From: Minisyncoccota bacterium
GTDB lineage: Bacteria; Patescibacteriota; Minisyncoccia; Phycocordibacterales; XYD1-FULL-46-19
Reading direction: 5' to 3'
Length of the DNA stretch: 64,000 bases
NCBI GenBank assembly: GCA_041657405.1
Contig: JBBABX010000002.1
Span: forward strand, 108,915 to 172,914
Every line of letters starts with the position of its first letter. The first letter of the stretch is position 1. The translations under genes were made by a program, and so were the position numbers. Positions 19,005 to 28,973 of the stretch are shown here, piece by piece. A model generated the notes under the pieces. It saw nothing but the letters and a program-made list of their open reading frames with translations. It had not been told where the DNA came from and did not search any database.

Positions 19005-21716
19005 TTATTTTTTGACAACTGAAGTTTTGGAATTTCTGTTAGAATTATTGGCTTGTCGACGAAAAACTTTTTTTAACTCAACTATTGGCTCGTCTTTTTT
19101 CATTTCAACCATAACAACTCCTCCATTATCAATGGAACGAGTAATAATAAATTTAGCAACCGGGTTTAGAATTTTGTTTTGAATTAAACGTTTTAGAGGA
19201 CGTGCACCATATTCTGGATTAAAACCTTCTTTGGCTAGGTGAGATAAAGTCTTTTCTGATACTTCTAAGAAAATGCCTTTTCTCATCAATCTTTCTTTTA
19301 TCAAATCCAATTGGATAACAACAATCTTTTTAAGCACCTCTTCGGATAGAGGATTAAAAATAATTATTTCGTCCAAACGATTCAAAAATTCTGGCCGAAA
19401 ATGATCTTTAAGACTGCTAGTCATCTTTTCTTTAACATCTTCAAAACTGGTTTCAGCCTCGTCTCGTCCAGAAAAACCAATTCTATTAAAACTCTTAATG
19501 TATTGGCTGCCAATATTAGAGGTCATAATAATAATGGTATTTTTAAAATTGACAGTGCGACCCTTAGAGTCAGTCAGACGACCATTATCAAGAACTTGAA
19601 GCAAAACATTAAATACTTCTGGATGCGCTTTTTCCACTTCATCAAAAAGCAAAATAGAATAGGGACGATGACGAACCATTTCAGTCAAGTTACCCCCCTC
19701 TTCATAACCAACATAACCAGGTGGTGAACCAATAAGTTTAGAGACAGAATATTTTTCCATAAATTCAGACATATCCACTCTGATTAAAGATTTTTCATCA
19801 TTAAACAAAAATTCTGCCAAACTACGAGCTAATTCGGTTTTACCAACACCAGAAGGGCCCAAAAACATAAATGAACCAATGGGACGATCAGGATCAGCAA
19901 TTCCAGCGCGGGAACGTCTCACTGATTCAGAAACTTTTTCTACCGCTTCATCTTGGCCTTTAACTCGTTTTTTCAATTCATCCTCCATACGAACTAATTT
20001 CTCACTCTCTTCTTCTAACATTTTCGTCACGGGGATTCCGGTCCAGCGAGAAACCACTTTGGCAACCTCTTCTTCGGACACTTCTTCCTTAAGAACCTTC
20101 CTCGTCGCTTGTAATTTTTTTAATTTATTTTCTTTAGTTTTAAGATTTTTTTGTCGTTCTGGCATCAAACCATAGAGGATTTCAGCCGCTTTAGTTAAAT
20201 CAGCACGGAGTTCGGCTTGACTAGCTTCAAATTTTAATTTTTCCAACTCTTCTTTAATATCACGGATTTCATTTATTAATTGTTTTTCATTTTTCCAACG
20301 TAATTCAAGCTCACTGACTTTTTCTTTAAGTTCAGCGATTTCTGTCTCAATCTCTTTGATTCGCGATTTAGCTGTTTTATTATCGTTAAGTTCAACCTCT
20401 TTCTTCAAAGCTTCTTTTTCTACTTCTAAACGCATAATTTTGCGTTCGTTATCCTCTAAAACAGCCGGTTTGTTTTCTAATTGCAAACGTAAAGCAGAAG
20501 CTGCTTCATCAATTAAATCTATCGCCTTATCTGGCAAAAAACGGTCAGTGATATAACGAGCCGATAAATTAACCGCCGCAACAATTGAATCATCGGTGAT
20601 ATGGACGCCATGGTGAAGTTCATATTTGTCTTTTAACCCACGTAAAATAGTAACGGCATCCTCTAAAGTTGGTTCTTCAACAGAAACCGGCTGAAAACGC
20701 CTGGTTAAAGCTTGATCACGTTCAATATATTTTTGATATTCTTTGATAGTTGTCGCACCAATTGTGCGCAAATCACCGCGCGCCAACGCGGGTTTTAGCA
20801 TATTAGAAGCATCAATCGCACCTTCGGCCGCGCCAGCTCCGACAATTGTATGAATTTCATCAATAAACAAGATAATTTTATTCTCTGATTTTTCTACTTC
20901 TTTGATAATGTTTTTTAAACGCTCTTCAAATTCTCCCCGATATTTAGTGCCAGCCAAAAGTAACCCCAAATCAAGCGAGACAATTTCCTTGCCTCGCAAA
21001 GATTCTGGCGCGTCACCTTTGGCAATGCGAATTGCCAAACCTTCAACGATTGCTGTTTTGCCAGTACCAGCTTCGCCAACCAGGACTGGATTATTTTTGG
21101 TTCGACGAGACAAAATCTCCATAATTCGACGAATTTCCGCATCACGCCCAATAACTGGATCAAGTTTATCTGCTCTGGCCATTTCGGTTAGATTTCTAGT
21201 AAATTTTTCAATGGCTTTAAATTTTTTAGCAGTCGTTAAATTTGGTATTTTCCCAGATTTTAATTCTTCTAAAATCTGAAGAACATTGTCGCGAGTAATT
21301 TTAAAACGATTAAGTATCTCTTTTGCCTGGCTCGGCACATCCAAGATTGCCAAAAGCAAATGCTCGGTAGATACAAATTCATCACGCAAATTGCTGGCTT
21401 GCTTGATAGATTCTTCAAAAACCTTTACTAATTCTGGAGTTAAATAAATTTGATAGTTAGAGCTAACTACTCCACCCATACTTGAACCCTCAATGCTATC
21501 CAAAATATAGTCAGTCAAGGCAATAGAATCCACTTCTAATTTTTCAATAATAGAAACAACCAAACTTTCTTCCTGCAAAACTAAGGCTGCCAACATGTGC
21601 ATCGGATTGACTTGGTTTTGGGCACGCTCAATCGCCAATTCATGAGATTTACGAATAGCTTCACGAGCTTTTGAAGTAAAATTTTGAAATGGAGGCATAA
21701 ATTTCAAATCTAGCAC
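19005..21716 (-). CDS. clpB: chaperone ClpB
   Basis: Clp N-domain, [14 protein letters not shown], coiled-coil M domain, [19 protein letters not shown]. Confidence 0.93.
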   Translation of the reverse strand: MLDLKFMPPFQNFTSKAREAIRKSHELAIERAQNQVNPMHMLAALVLQEESLVVSIIEKLEVDSIALTDYILDSIEGSSMGGVVSSNYQIYLTPELVKVFEESIKQASNLRDEFVSTEHLLLAILDVPSQAKEILNRFKITRDNVLQILEELKSGKIPNLTTAKKFKAIEKFTRNLTEMARADKLDPVIGRDAEIRRIMEILSRRTKNNPVLVGEAGTGKTAIVEGLAIRIAKGDAPESLRGKEIVSLDLGLLLAGTKYRGEFEERLKNIIKEVEKSENKIILFIDEIHTIVGAGAAEGAIDASNMLKPALARGDLRTIGATTIKEYQKYIERDQALTRRFQPVSVEEPTLEDAVTILRGLKDKYELHHGVHITDDSIVAAVNLSARYITDRFLPDKAIDLIDEAASALRLQLENKPAVLEDNERKIMRLEVEKEALKKEVELNDNKTAKSRIKEIETEIAELKEKVSELELRWKNEKQLINEIRDIKEELEKLKFEASQAELRADLTKAAEILYGLMPERQKNLKTKENKLKKLQATRKVLKEEVSEEEVAKVVSRWTGIPVTKMLEEESEKLVRMEDELKKRVKGQDEAVEKVSESVRRSRAGIADPDRPIGSFMFLGPSGVGKTELARSLAEFLFNDEKSLIRVDMSEFMEKYSVSKLIGSPPGYVGYEEGGNLTEMVRHRPYSILLFDEVEKAHPEVFNVLLQVLDNGRLTDSKGRTVNFKNTIIIMTSNIGSQYIKSFNRIGFSGRDEAETSFEDVKEKMTSSLKDHFRPEFLNRLDEIIIFNPLSEEVLKKIVVIQLDLIKERLMRKGIFLEVSEKTLSHLAKEGFNPEYGARPLKRLIQNKILNPVAKFIITRSIDNGGVVMVEMKKDEPIVELKKVFRRQANNSNRNSKTSVVKK

Positions 21717-21888
21717 TACTAAATAATTATAATTATCGACAAATTTCTAATAAAAAGTTAATTAGAAAGAAAAACTACCACTTAAATTAAGCTGCTAAAA
21801 TTAAATTTATAATTTATCTACAAAATTCAATCTGTCTGATTTAAATTAATGCTGAAAACTTTCTTATCGTACATTTACCTTAACACAG

Positions 21889-22692
21889 TTATCTTATTTG
21901 GTCAACAAACCTTTTCAGGGTTAGTGAAGCCAAAGCATAACCTCGAGCAATACCAATTCCTACAATCCGACCCTGGGTATCAATTACTGGACCACCAATA
22001 TTGTCTGAATTTACAGCGTTAGTCCTGATAAGCCCAGCTGTATTAGTTGCCGTTTGATCAGTACTCGTTGCCGTCGCACTAACAAAATCAATTATAATAC
22101 CAGTCGCAATTTCGGTTGAATTATCATTGGCAACACTCAAGCCAACGACTGTCTGACCGACTGTCGGTTCTTCCCCTAATAATTGTCCGGGCTTGGCAAA
22201 TTCCGTGCCAGAAGCGTTGATTTTAAAAAAGGCTATTCCGTGGTTATCATCCCGATTTATTAAATCTGCTTGAAGATTCGCTTTGCCAAAAGAAACAGAT
22301 ACTTCCTCTAAATTTTCCGGCAAATTTTTGGCGCCAGTTACAACTAAATCATTTTCCAACAGAAAACCTGTTCCTAACCCCTTTTTCCCAACATCATCTT
22401 TTTGAGAAATTTTTACCACCCCAGAAGAAACTTTGCCAACTGCTTGAGCAATTAATTCTCCTTCGTTGGGCAAAGGCGCTTCGCGGACAATCTTTACAAT
22501 TGTCGTAGTCGCCCCAGGCACAATCTTTTCTATCGTCCTTTCTACGACTTTTGTCACCGCGCCAGAAAAACCACCTTGGGGTGATTGATCAAGCAAGGTA
22601 ACAGTGACAATCGCCGTGGTAACAGAAGTTACAAACATTACAAGAAGAAGCAGTAAAAAAAATTGGCTTTTATTCAAATCATTGATAGTCAT
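21889..22692 (-). CDS. membrane-anchored trypsin-like (HtrA-like) protein with a degenerate active site
   Basis: GTGF, then VVTGAK and NSDNIGGPV at the catalytic His and Ser positions; N-terminal TM. Confidence 0.75.
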   Translation of the reverse strand: MTINDLNKSQFFLLLLLVMFVTSVTTAIVTVTLLDQSPQGGFSGAVTKVVERTIEKIVPGATTTIVKIVREAPLPNEGELIAQAVGKVSSGVVKISQKDDVGKKGLGTGFLLENDLVVTGAKNLPENLEEVSVSFGKANLQADLINRDDNHGIAFFKINASGTEFAKPGQLLGEEPTVGQTVVGLSVANDNSTEIATGIIIDFVSATATSTDQTATNTAGLIRTNAVNSDNIGGPVIDTQGRIVGIGIARGYALASLTLKRFVDQIR

Positions 22693-22780
22693 ACAAAAAT
22701 TATAACATAAAAAAAGATAAAGAAAGAATTTTTGAATAGTTTTTTAAAACTTGTTTTAATTTCCACGAAAATTAGTAAAA

Positions 22781-22812
22781 AAGCCCTATCCCATTTTAAG
22801 GAAATAGAGCTT
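22781..22812 (-). terminator. intrinsic terminator
   Basis: Minus-strand AAGCTCTATTTC...GGGATAGGGCTT stem with G-U pairs, then TTTT. Confidence 0.65.
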
Positions 22813-23420
22813 TAAACGACAAATGCAAAACCTAAATTTCTATCCAATTTGAGGCTGGGAGTGATGAAATTAGTATCCAACCAATTTCCTCCAGCGCTAC
22901 GATTGATACTAAGCAAACGCCAATCACCATTGAAGTCTTTGACTGGTCGCATAACCACAATCCGCCAAAATCCCATTTCTTCGATTTCTTTATCTGTAAA
23001 CCTCTGGCGAATCAGACAAGCGATTTCAAGTTGGGGAGCAAAGAAACGACAACCAACCGCAAAGGCTTTGATTTTGCCAAAACTTCGGTCATTATTTCCA
23101 AAAAACAAGCCTCTGAAAATCACCACTTTTGTTGTCACTCCCGAGGTTGAATCAAAAGATGATGAAAAAAGCACTCGTTTGGCACAATCTTTAATCCGAC
23201 AGTTCCTTTGTTCAAGGCGTGAAACCCATTTAGGACCAGACGTTCCATCACTGGTAACTGTAAAGTACACAAGACCATTCTCTTCAAACCAACCTTCTCG
23301 ACAATACTGTTTAGGCGTCATTTTCTTTTTCTCTCGATAAAATTCCTCCTCAAGATCATCAAGCTTTGCTTTAACCAAAACATTTCCAGCAATTTTAATT
23401 CTTCTGTTCTTGTTTATCAT
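22812..23420 (-). CDS. hypothetical protein with a CLec-like (DGR-target-like) C-terminus
   Basis: GGGAGG SD before ATG 23420 (MINKNRR); ends LLSINRSAGGNWLDTNF...LGFAFVV; own terminator. Confidence 0.6.
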   Translation of the reverse strand: MINKNRRIKIAGNVLVKAKLDDLEEEFYREKKKMTPKQYCREGWFEENGLVYFTVTSDGTSGPKWVSRLEQRNCRIKDCAKRVLFSSSFDSTSGVTTKVVIFRGLFFGNNDRSFGKIKAFAVGCRFFAPQLEIACLIRQRFTDKEIEEMGFWRIVVMRPVKDFNGDWRLLSINRSAGGNWLDTNFITPSLKLDRNLGFAFVV

Positions 23421-23587
23421 CGCCAAACCTCCCTCTACTCGTTTGTTAGTCTTTGTCAAAGAGCCAACGACAATACCTCCACAGTATAGCAAAACAAAGG
23501 CAACAAACAAACGCTTAAGATAGATGTTGAAGCGTTTAAACCCTTACATTGAGCCATTTATAAAGAAAAGAAAGATAACTAAAAATT

Positions 23588-24793
23588 TCAAAATCGATGA
23601 TATTTAACAATAATTTCATTCAAACTTCTAATAAATTTTTGAGCTTCGCTTATTTTGGCTTCCCGCGGCAAACTAACTCTAACCGCCCCCTTTTGTCTCT
23701 CTTCATTATAACCAAGAGCCCTCATTACCTGAGAATCAGCATCGACTCCCAAAGAACAGGCGCTACCAGCTGAAATAGCGAAACCTTTTTTATCCATTTC
23801 CAAAACTAATTGCTCCCCTTCCAAACCCTCGACTGAGAAATTTAAAATATTTGGCAATCTCTCCATCCCAGCTAAACTACTGTTAATTTTAACCTCTGGA
23901 ATTTTTAATAATTCTTTCGCTAAATAATCGCGAATTTTTGTTAATTTTAGGATTTCTTTTTCTTTTTTTAATTCACAAATCTCTAAAGCTTTGGCTAAAC
24001 CAACGATTGCCGGAGTATTATAGCTGCCAGACCGACGTCCAGTTTCTTGCCCCCCTCCTAATATTATTGGCGCCAACTCAACTCCCCGTCTAACATAAAG
24101 AAAACCGACACCTTTAGGACCAAAAATTTTTGAACCATTAACAGTCATCAGATCCACCCCTAATTGTAAGACGTTCAGATTAAGAAAACGTGGTGCTTGG
24201 CACGCATCAATATGCAAATAAGGAAATTCAGTTTTTTGTTCTTTGCGCCAACGACGAATCACTTTAACCACTTCTTTAATTGGTTGAATTGCGCCAATCT
24301 CATTATTGGCATAAATTATTGAGAGCAAAAAAGTTTCTGTCTTCAAATTTTTTTCGACTTCTTTAGGATTAATCAAACCATTCTCTGAAACTGGCAAATA
24401 AGAAATTTGGTAGCCCTCCTTCTCTAAATAATGAAATGGTTCAAGCGTTGCTTTATGCTCAATCATTGTGGTGATAAGGTGACCAGTTTTTCCATAGGCA
24501 CGCGCAGTTCCTAAAATTGCCAAGTTATTGCTTTCTGTTCCGCCACTAGTAAAAATAATTTCCGCTGGTTGTGCCGCAATCAACCTGGCAATAATTTTTC
24601 GCGCTTCGAACAAATTCTGCTGCGCCAAAATTCCTTCTCGATGAAGACTGGAAGGGTTGCCAAAATCTTTAGCGGCTTTGCTCATCACTTTTTTGACAAC
24701 TGGTTCAAGCTTGGTTGCGGCCGCCGTGTCCCAATAATATCTGCGCTTTTTATTTCTAAAAATATTTCCCCGAAATAACTCCATAGTTGGCAT
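23588..24793 (-). CDS. cysteine desulfurase (IscS/NifS family)
   Basis: DTAAAT, FTSGGTESNN, HIDACQ, GSKIFGPKG, SAGSAC. Confidence 0.93.
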   Translation of the reverse strand: MPTMELFRGNIFRNKKRRYYWDTAAATKLEPVVKKVMSKAAKDFGNPSSLHREGILAQQNLFEARKIIARLIAAQPAEIIFTSGGTESNNLAILGTARAYGKTGHLITTMIEHKATLEPFHYLEKEGYQISYLPVSENGLINPKEVEKNLKTETFLLSIIYANNEIGAIQPIKEVVKVIRRWRKEQKTEFPYLHIDACQAPRFLNLNVLQLGVDLMTVNGSKIFGPKGVGFLYVRRGVELAPIILGGGQETGRRSGSYNTPAIVGLAKALEICELKKEKEILKLTKIRDYLAKELLKIPEVKINSSLAGMERLPNILNFSVEGLEGEQLVLEMDKKGFAISAGSACSLGVDADSQVMRALGYNEERQKGAVRVSLPREAKISEAQKFIRSLNEIIVKYHRF

Positions 24794-24822
24794 TTTATCA
24801 CATTTTGATTTAAAATTAAGAT

Positions 24823-25284
24823 ATGGATTTAAATACTTTATTTATTGTCACTTTTGGTCTGATTGCCATTGTGATTTTTATTTTGGTTAGAATAATCATT
24901 TTGGAAAAGAAATTAAAAAATTTATTGGCAGGCAAAAATGCTCGCAGCCTGGAAGATACCATTAGCAACAACGTTGAAACGATCCAAAAAATTGACAAGC
25001 GCATTTTGTTGATTGCTCAAGAAATAGACAGCATCAACAAACGCCTTGCCAAAGCTATCCAAAAAGTTCACGTGGTTCGTTTCAATCCCTTTAAAGATCA
25101 GGGCGGTAATCAAAGTTTTGCGACTAGTTTCTTAGATGAAAAAGGAGACGGAGTGGTAATTTCTAGCCTTTACTCTCGTGACAAATTTAGCGTTTATGCC
25201 AAACCAATAAATAGTGGCAAGTCAAAATACGAATTATCTGAAGAAGAACGTGAGGCAATAGACTGCGCAGAACAACAAATTTAA
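24823..25284 (+). CDS. DUF4446-like membrane protein
   Basis: TM, coiled coil, VRFNPF..GG.QSF...LD..GDGVVISSLYSR. Confidence 0.8.
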   Translation: MDLNTLFIVTFGLIAIVIFILVRIIILEKKLKNLLAGKNARSLEDTISNNVETIQKIDKRILLIAQEIDSINKRLAKAIQKVHVVRFNPFKDQGGNQSFATSFLDEKGDGVVISSLYSRDKFSVYAKPINSGKSKYELSEEEREAIDCAEQQI

Positions 25285-25387
25285 GATAATTCCTACAAAC
25301 ATTAACAGCGTTCAAACGCGTTTTTTTGACGTTTGAATAAATTTAAACTTGTCTTTAGACCTTTTTATTGGTTTAATACCAAGTGTA

Positions 25388-26881
25388 ATGGAAACTCAAG
25401 AAAACAAAAAAACGGTCCGACCACCAGTTATTGCAGTTATGGGTCATATTGACCATGGCAAATCAAAATTACTTGATTATATTCGCAAAACGAACGTGGT
25501 AGATCGCGAATCTGGAGGGATCACCCAACACGTTAGCGCTTATGAGGTTCTTCACAATAATCAAAAAATAACTTTTTTGGATACTCCGGGACATGCTGCT
25601 TTTGAAGCTATGCGCGGTCGTGGTGCGCAAATTTGTGATATTGCCATCTTAATCGTTTCCGCCGAAGAAGGTGTCAAAGCGCAAACTCTTGAAGCATTAA
25701 AATCAATCAAAGAAAACAACAAGCCTTTTGTTGTTGTTATTAGCAAGATAGATAAACCAGAGGCCAATCCTGAACATACAAAACAAAGTTTGGCCGAAAA
25801 CGATATTTTTGTTGAAGGTTATGGTGGAAGCATCCCCTGTGTTTTGGTTTCTTCTACTGAGGGCACAGGAATTGACGAACTTTTAGATCTTTTGCTCTTA
25901 GTCGCCGAAATGGAGGAGTTAAAAGGGAACATACAGACTACGGCTGAAGGCTACGTTTTGGAAACAAATATGGATCCACGCGCCGGTGTCACGGCTACCT
26001 TAATAATAAAAGATGGAATTTTAAATGATAAAAATTTTATTGTCGCCGGCAACACCTTAAGCAAGATTAAAAAAATGGAAAACTTTTTGGGTCAGCCTGT
26101 TAAAGAACTTTCTTTTTCATCACCAGTTAAAATTTTTGGTTTTTCCGAATTACCTCCAGTTGGTTGCAAATTCAAGGCTTTCCCAGACAAAAACACTGCC
26201 GAAAAATGGCTTGAGGAAAATCCTTTTAAAACTACTCCTTGCGCCAAGATTTTAAATTCCAACCTTGATAAAGACTCCGTCAGCATTCCGCTTATTATCA
26301 AAGCAGATGTTGCTGGCACTTTGGAAGCCGTGGAAAAAGAATTAGCCAAAATTAATTTGGAACGTGTTCATCTAGATATTGTGGCAAAAAATGTCGGACC
26401 CGTTTCTGAAAATGATGTTAAGATGGTCAACGCTTTTCCCGAAGCAGTTATCCTTGGTTTTAAAGTTAAAACTGAAAAAAGTGCCGAGACTTTAGCTGAA
26501 AAATCCAATATTCTCATCAAAACTTCTGATATTATTTACAAATTGTCTGAATGGCTAGAAGAATTGGCCCTTAAGCGAACCCCTAAAATAACTGTTGAAG
26601 AAATTGTCGGTCGTGCAAAAATTTTAAAAACTTTCGCCAGCACCAAAGATAAACAAATCATTGGCGGGATTGTTAATTCTGGCAAAATTATGAAAAACTT
26701 AAAAATTAAGATCAACAGACACGAAAATGAAATCGGCCAAGGCAAAATTCTTGATTTACAAATCCAAAAAATCAAAACAAACGAAGTGGGAGAAAACACC
26801 CAGTTTGGAGCCGAAATCGAATCAAAAGTGGAAATTGCCGCTGGTGATGTTATTTATGCTTTTGAAACAGTAACTAAATAA
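25388..26881 (+). CDS. infB: translation initiation factor IF-2 (short form)
   Basis: RPPVIAVMGHIDHGKS, GGITQH, DTPGH, IIKADVAG; ATG 25388 preferred over TTG 25349. Confidence 0.95.
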   Translation: METQENKKTVRPPVIAVMGHIDHGKSKLLDYIRKTNVVDRESGGITQHVSAYEVLHNNQKITFLDTPGHAAFEAMRGRGAQICDIAILIVSAEEGVKAQTLEALKSIKENNKPFVVVISKIDKPEANPEHTKQSLAENDIFVEGYGGSIPCVLVSSTEGTGIDELLDLLLLVAEMEELKGNIQTTAEGYVLETNMDPRAGVTATLIIKDGILNDKNFIVAGNTLSKIKKMENFLGQPVKELSFSSPVKIFGFSELPPVGCKFKAFPDKNTAEKWLEENPFKTTPCAKILNSNLDKDSVSIPLIIKADVAGTLEAVEKELAKINLERVHLDIVAKNVGPVSENDVKMVNAFPEAVILGFKVKTEKSAETLAEKSNILIKTSDIIYKLSEWLEELALKRTPKITVEEIVGRAKILKTFASTKDKQIIGGIVNSGKIMKNLKIKINRHENEIGQGKILDLQIQKIKTNEVGENTQFGAEIESKVEIAAGDVIYAFETVTK

Positions 26882-26883
26882 TT

Positions 26884-27207
26884 ATGACTTTCCATAAAGA
26901 AAAAGAAGAGTCCCTTCTTCAAGGTTTAGTTGCCGAATATTTAAACCGTGAAGCTGGCACTAAATCTCTTATCACAGTTACTCGTTGTTCTATCAGTTCA
27001 GATTCAAAAAAAGCAACTGCTTATATTTCAGTTATCCCAGAGAATCTAGAAGAAGAAGCGTTAAATTTTGCCAAAAGACGACGACCAGAAATTAGAACTT
27101 ACATCAAAGAAAATTCCAGACTACGTCATCTTCCTCACGTTGAAATAAAAATAGATGAGGGTGAAAAAAATCGACAAAACATTGAACGCTTAATAAGGAA
27201 CGGATAA
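26884..27207 (+). CDS. rbfA: ribosome-binding factor A
   Basis: Directly follows infB; ITVT...S.D.K.A..YIS and LRHLP...D motifs. Confidence 0.88.
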   Translation: MTFHKEKEESLLQGLVAEYLNREAGTKSLITVTRCSISSDSKKATAYISVIPENLEEEALNFAKRRRPEIRTYIKENSRLRHLPHVEIKIDEGEKNRQNIERLIRNG

Positions 27208-27304
27208 AAAATTAAATTAGTCTTTGAAAATGGAAAATTAAAACTAAAAATGCTAAGATTTATTCTGTCTTTAGGTTTTACATTTTTAGATTTGATTTTG
27301 ATAC

Positions 27305-27376
27305 GGCCTGGTCGCCAAGTGGTAAGGCAAGGGTCTGCAAAACCCTTATACGGCGGTTCGATTCCGCCCCAGGCCT
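27305..27376 (+). tRNA. tRNA-Cys(GCA)
   Basis: GGCCTGG...AGGGT-CT-GCA-AA-ACCCT...GTTCGATTCC...CCAGGCCT. Confidence 0.95.
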
Positions 27377-27461
27377 CCCGCAAATGTAAAATTTGAGTTA
27401 AAAATGTAGGTTAAATATTATCTTTACATCTTAATTTTTTTATTTTACATTTGTTTATAAA

Positions 27462-27543
27462 GCCCGGGTGGTGGAATCGGTATACACGCACGACTTAAAA
27501 TCGTGTGGAGAAATCCGTGCGGGTTCGAGTCCCGCCCCGGGCA
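27462..27543 (+). tRNA. tRNA-Leu(TAA)
   Basis: GCCCGGG...CACGA-CT-TAA-AA-TCGTG, variable arm, GTTCGAGTCC. Confidence 0.95.
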
Positions 27544-27613
27544 CAAATTTTAGTTTTACTTTTTAGTAAAACTCCTTGACAAAAATTTGACACTAAAATT
27601 TTTTAATCAAAAT

Positions 27614-27655
27614 ATTTGATAACAAAGTGTGCGGCCGCATACTTTGTTATCAAAT
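27614..27655. repeat. 42-bp palindrome, copy 1 (one mismatch)
   Basis: ATTTGATAACAAAGTGTGCGG|CCGCATACTTTGTTATCAAAT, just upstream of TGTTATAAT and the 27685 gene. Confidence 0.95.
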
Positions 27656-27684
27656 CTTAAGTTTGTTATAATTAATTTTTAGTT

Positions 27685-28200
27685 ATGAGTTTAACTAGCG
27701 AAATACTCTTTTTTCTTTCTAATAATCCTGGAAATTATCGAGAGTTAAGATCTCGTCTTTCCAGTTCCTATATTGATGACAAATTAAGAAGCAAACAATA
27801 CGAAAAACAAAAAACCAGAGACGATGATAAATCTTTTAGGACTCTTTTGTCTAACTTAAAGAAAAGGGGTTACCTAAAAAATAACAAGGGAATTTGGTCG
27901 GTCACCCCAAAAGGTCTAAAAAGAACCAAAGAATTAAAAGGATTTACGAATTATTGTAACTATCCAAAACTAAAAAATTGTAGTGGAAAAATAATAATTT
28001 CTTTTGATATTCCCGAATTAAACCGATCAGCACGTTCTTGGCTCAGACGAGCCCTCTATAATTTAGACTTTACAATGTTGCAACATAGTGTTTGGTTGGG
28101 ACCTTCTCCTTTGCCAGAAGAATTTATTATTGACCTAAAGATAAAAGAAATATTTAAATGCTTAAAGTTTTTTACCGTGAAAGAAACTGAGATCGTTTAG
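27685..28200 (+). CDS. winged-helix + Cas2-like (PaaX-like) protein
   Basis: wHTH FRTLLSNLKKRGYL...WSVTPKG; Cas2/PaaX-M motifs IISFDIPE...R.WLR..L...F.MLQHSVW; no PaaX C-terminal domain. Confidence 0.8.
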   Translation: MSLTSEILFFLSNNPGNYRELRSRLSSSYIDDKLRSKQYEKQKTRDDDKSFRTLLSNLKKRGYLKNNKGIWSVTPKGLKRTKELKGFTNYCNYPKLKNCSGKIIISFDIPELNRSARSWLRRALYNLDFTMLQHSVWLGPSPLPEEFIIDLKIKEIFKCLKFFTVKETEIV

Positions 28201-28260
28201 TTCCAGAAATAATCTTAACAAAAACAAAACGTTACTTTGTTATTAAAGCAAACTCCTTAT

Positions 28261-28347
28261 TGGTGCTGGGGAGAGGACTCGAACCTCCATGGATTTTACT
28301 CCACTAGCTCCTAAGGCTAGCGCGTCTACCAATTTCGCCACCCCAGC
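28261..28347 (-). tRNA. tRNA-Leu(TAG), CCA encoded
   Basis: GCTGGGG...CTAGC-CT-TAG-GA-GCTAG...GTTCGAGTCC...CCCCAGCACCA. Confidence 0.95.
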
Positions 28348-28403
28348 ATTTAAATTTGTGAGCAAGGCATGCTTCGCTTGTCCAGGCACTTGCTTCGCTC
28401 GTG

Positions 28404-28476
28404 TCCGCCCAGAGGGATTCGAACCCCCGACCGTTTGCTTAAGAGGCAACTGCTCTACCGACTGAGCTATGGGCGG
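28404..28476 (-). tRNA. tRNA-Lys(CTT)
   Basis: CCGCCCATAGCTCAGTCGGTAGAGC...TTGC-CT-CTT-AA-GCAA...GTTCGAATCC...TGGGCGGA. Confidence 0.9.
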
Positions 28477-28648
28477 ATAAACTGACTAAAAACAAAACCA
28501 AGATAAATAAATCTTGCCATAACGAAACTGGAACTATTCGCCATAAACATTCTGATATTTTTGAAAAACTATGGACAAATAAACACCACCATATTATTAC
28601 AAAAAACAAGTAAAAAGCCAAGATTTTTAAACTTTCTACTTTATAAAC

Positions 28649-28702
28649 TATTCTTTTTGATAACAAAGTGTGCGGCCGCACACTTTGTTATCAAAAAGAA
28701 TA
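28649..28702. repeat. 54-bp perfect palindrome, copy 2
   Basis: TATTCTTTTTGATAACAAAGTGTGCGG|CCGCACACTTTGTTATCAAAAAGAATA. Confidence 0.95.
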
Positions 28703-28973
28703 ACACCAATCTTTATTAAATTCTAAAAAATGACTTTCACAACTTTAAACTTTAAAACATTTTAAAAAATATCCCTCAAAATTTAAAAATACACCTAATA
28801 AATACAGTTGTCTCCAAAATCAGCAAAATTTAACCTTAAAATCCTTATTTTAAATCTATATTTGACTTTTTTCGCAAAAAGGTGTATAATAATAGGTAGA
28901 AATGTTCGGGGATGTTCCCCTTTTGAAAATGTGGTTAATAAAAATTAGGGGGTAAAACCCCAAGGAGGTTGTT

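Noticed and set aside
27215-27601. Long AT-rich hairpins between tRNA genes (e.g. CAAATGTAAAAT/ATTTTACATTTG)
   Set aside because: Consistent with ordinary tRNA spacer or terminator structures in AT-rich DNA; no shared sequence motif
27614-28702. CRISPR-Cas locus (Cas2-like gene plus repeats)
   Set aside because: Only two repeat copies ~1 kb apart with genes between them; no spacer array, no cas1 and no effector genes
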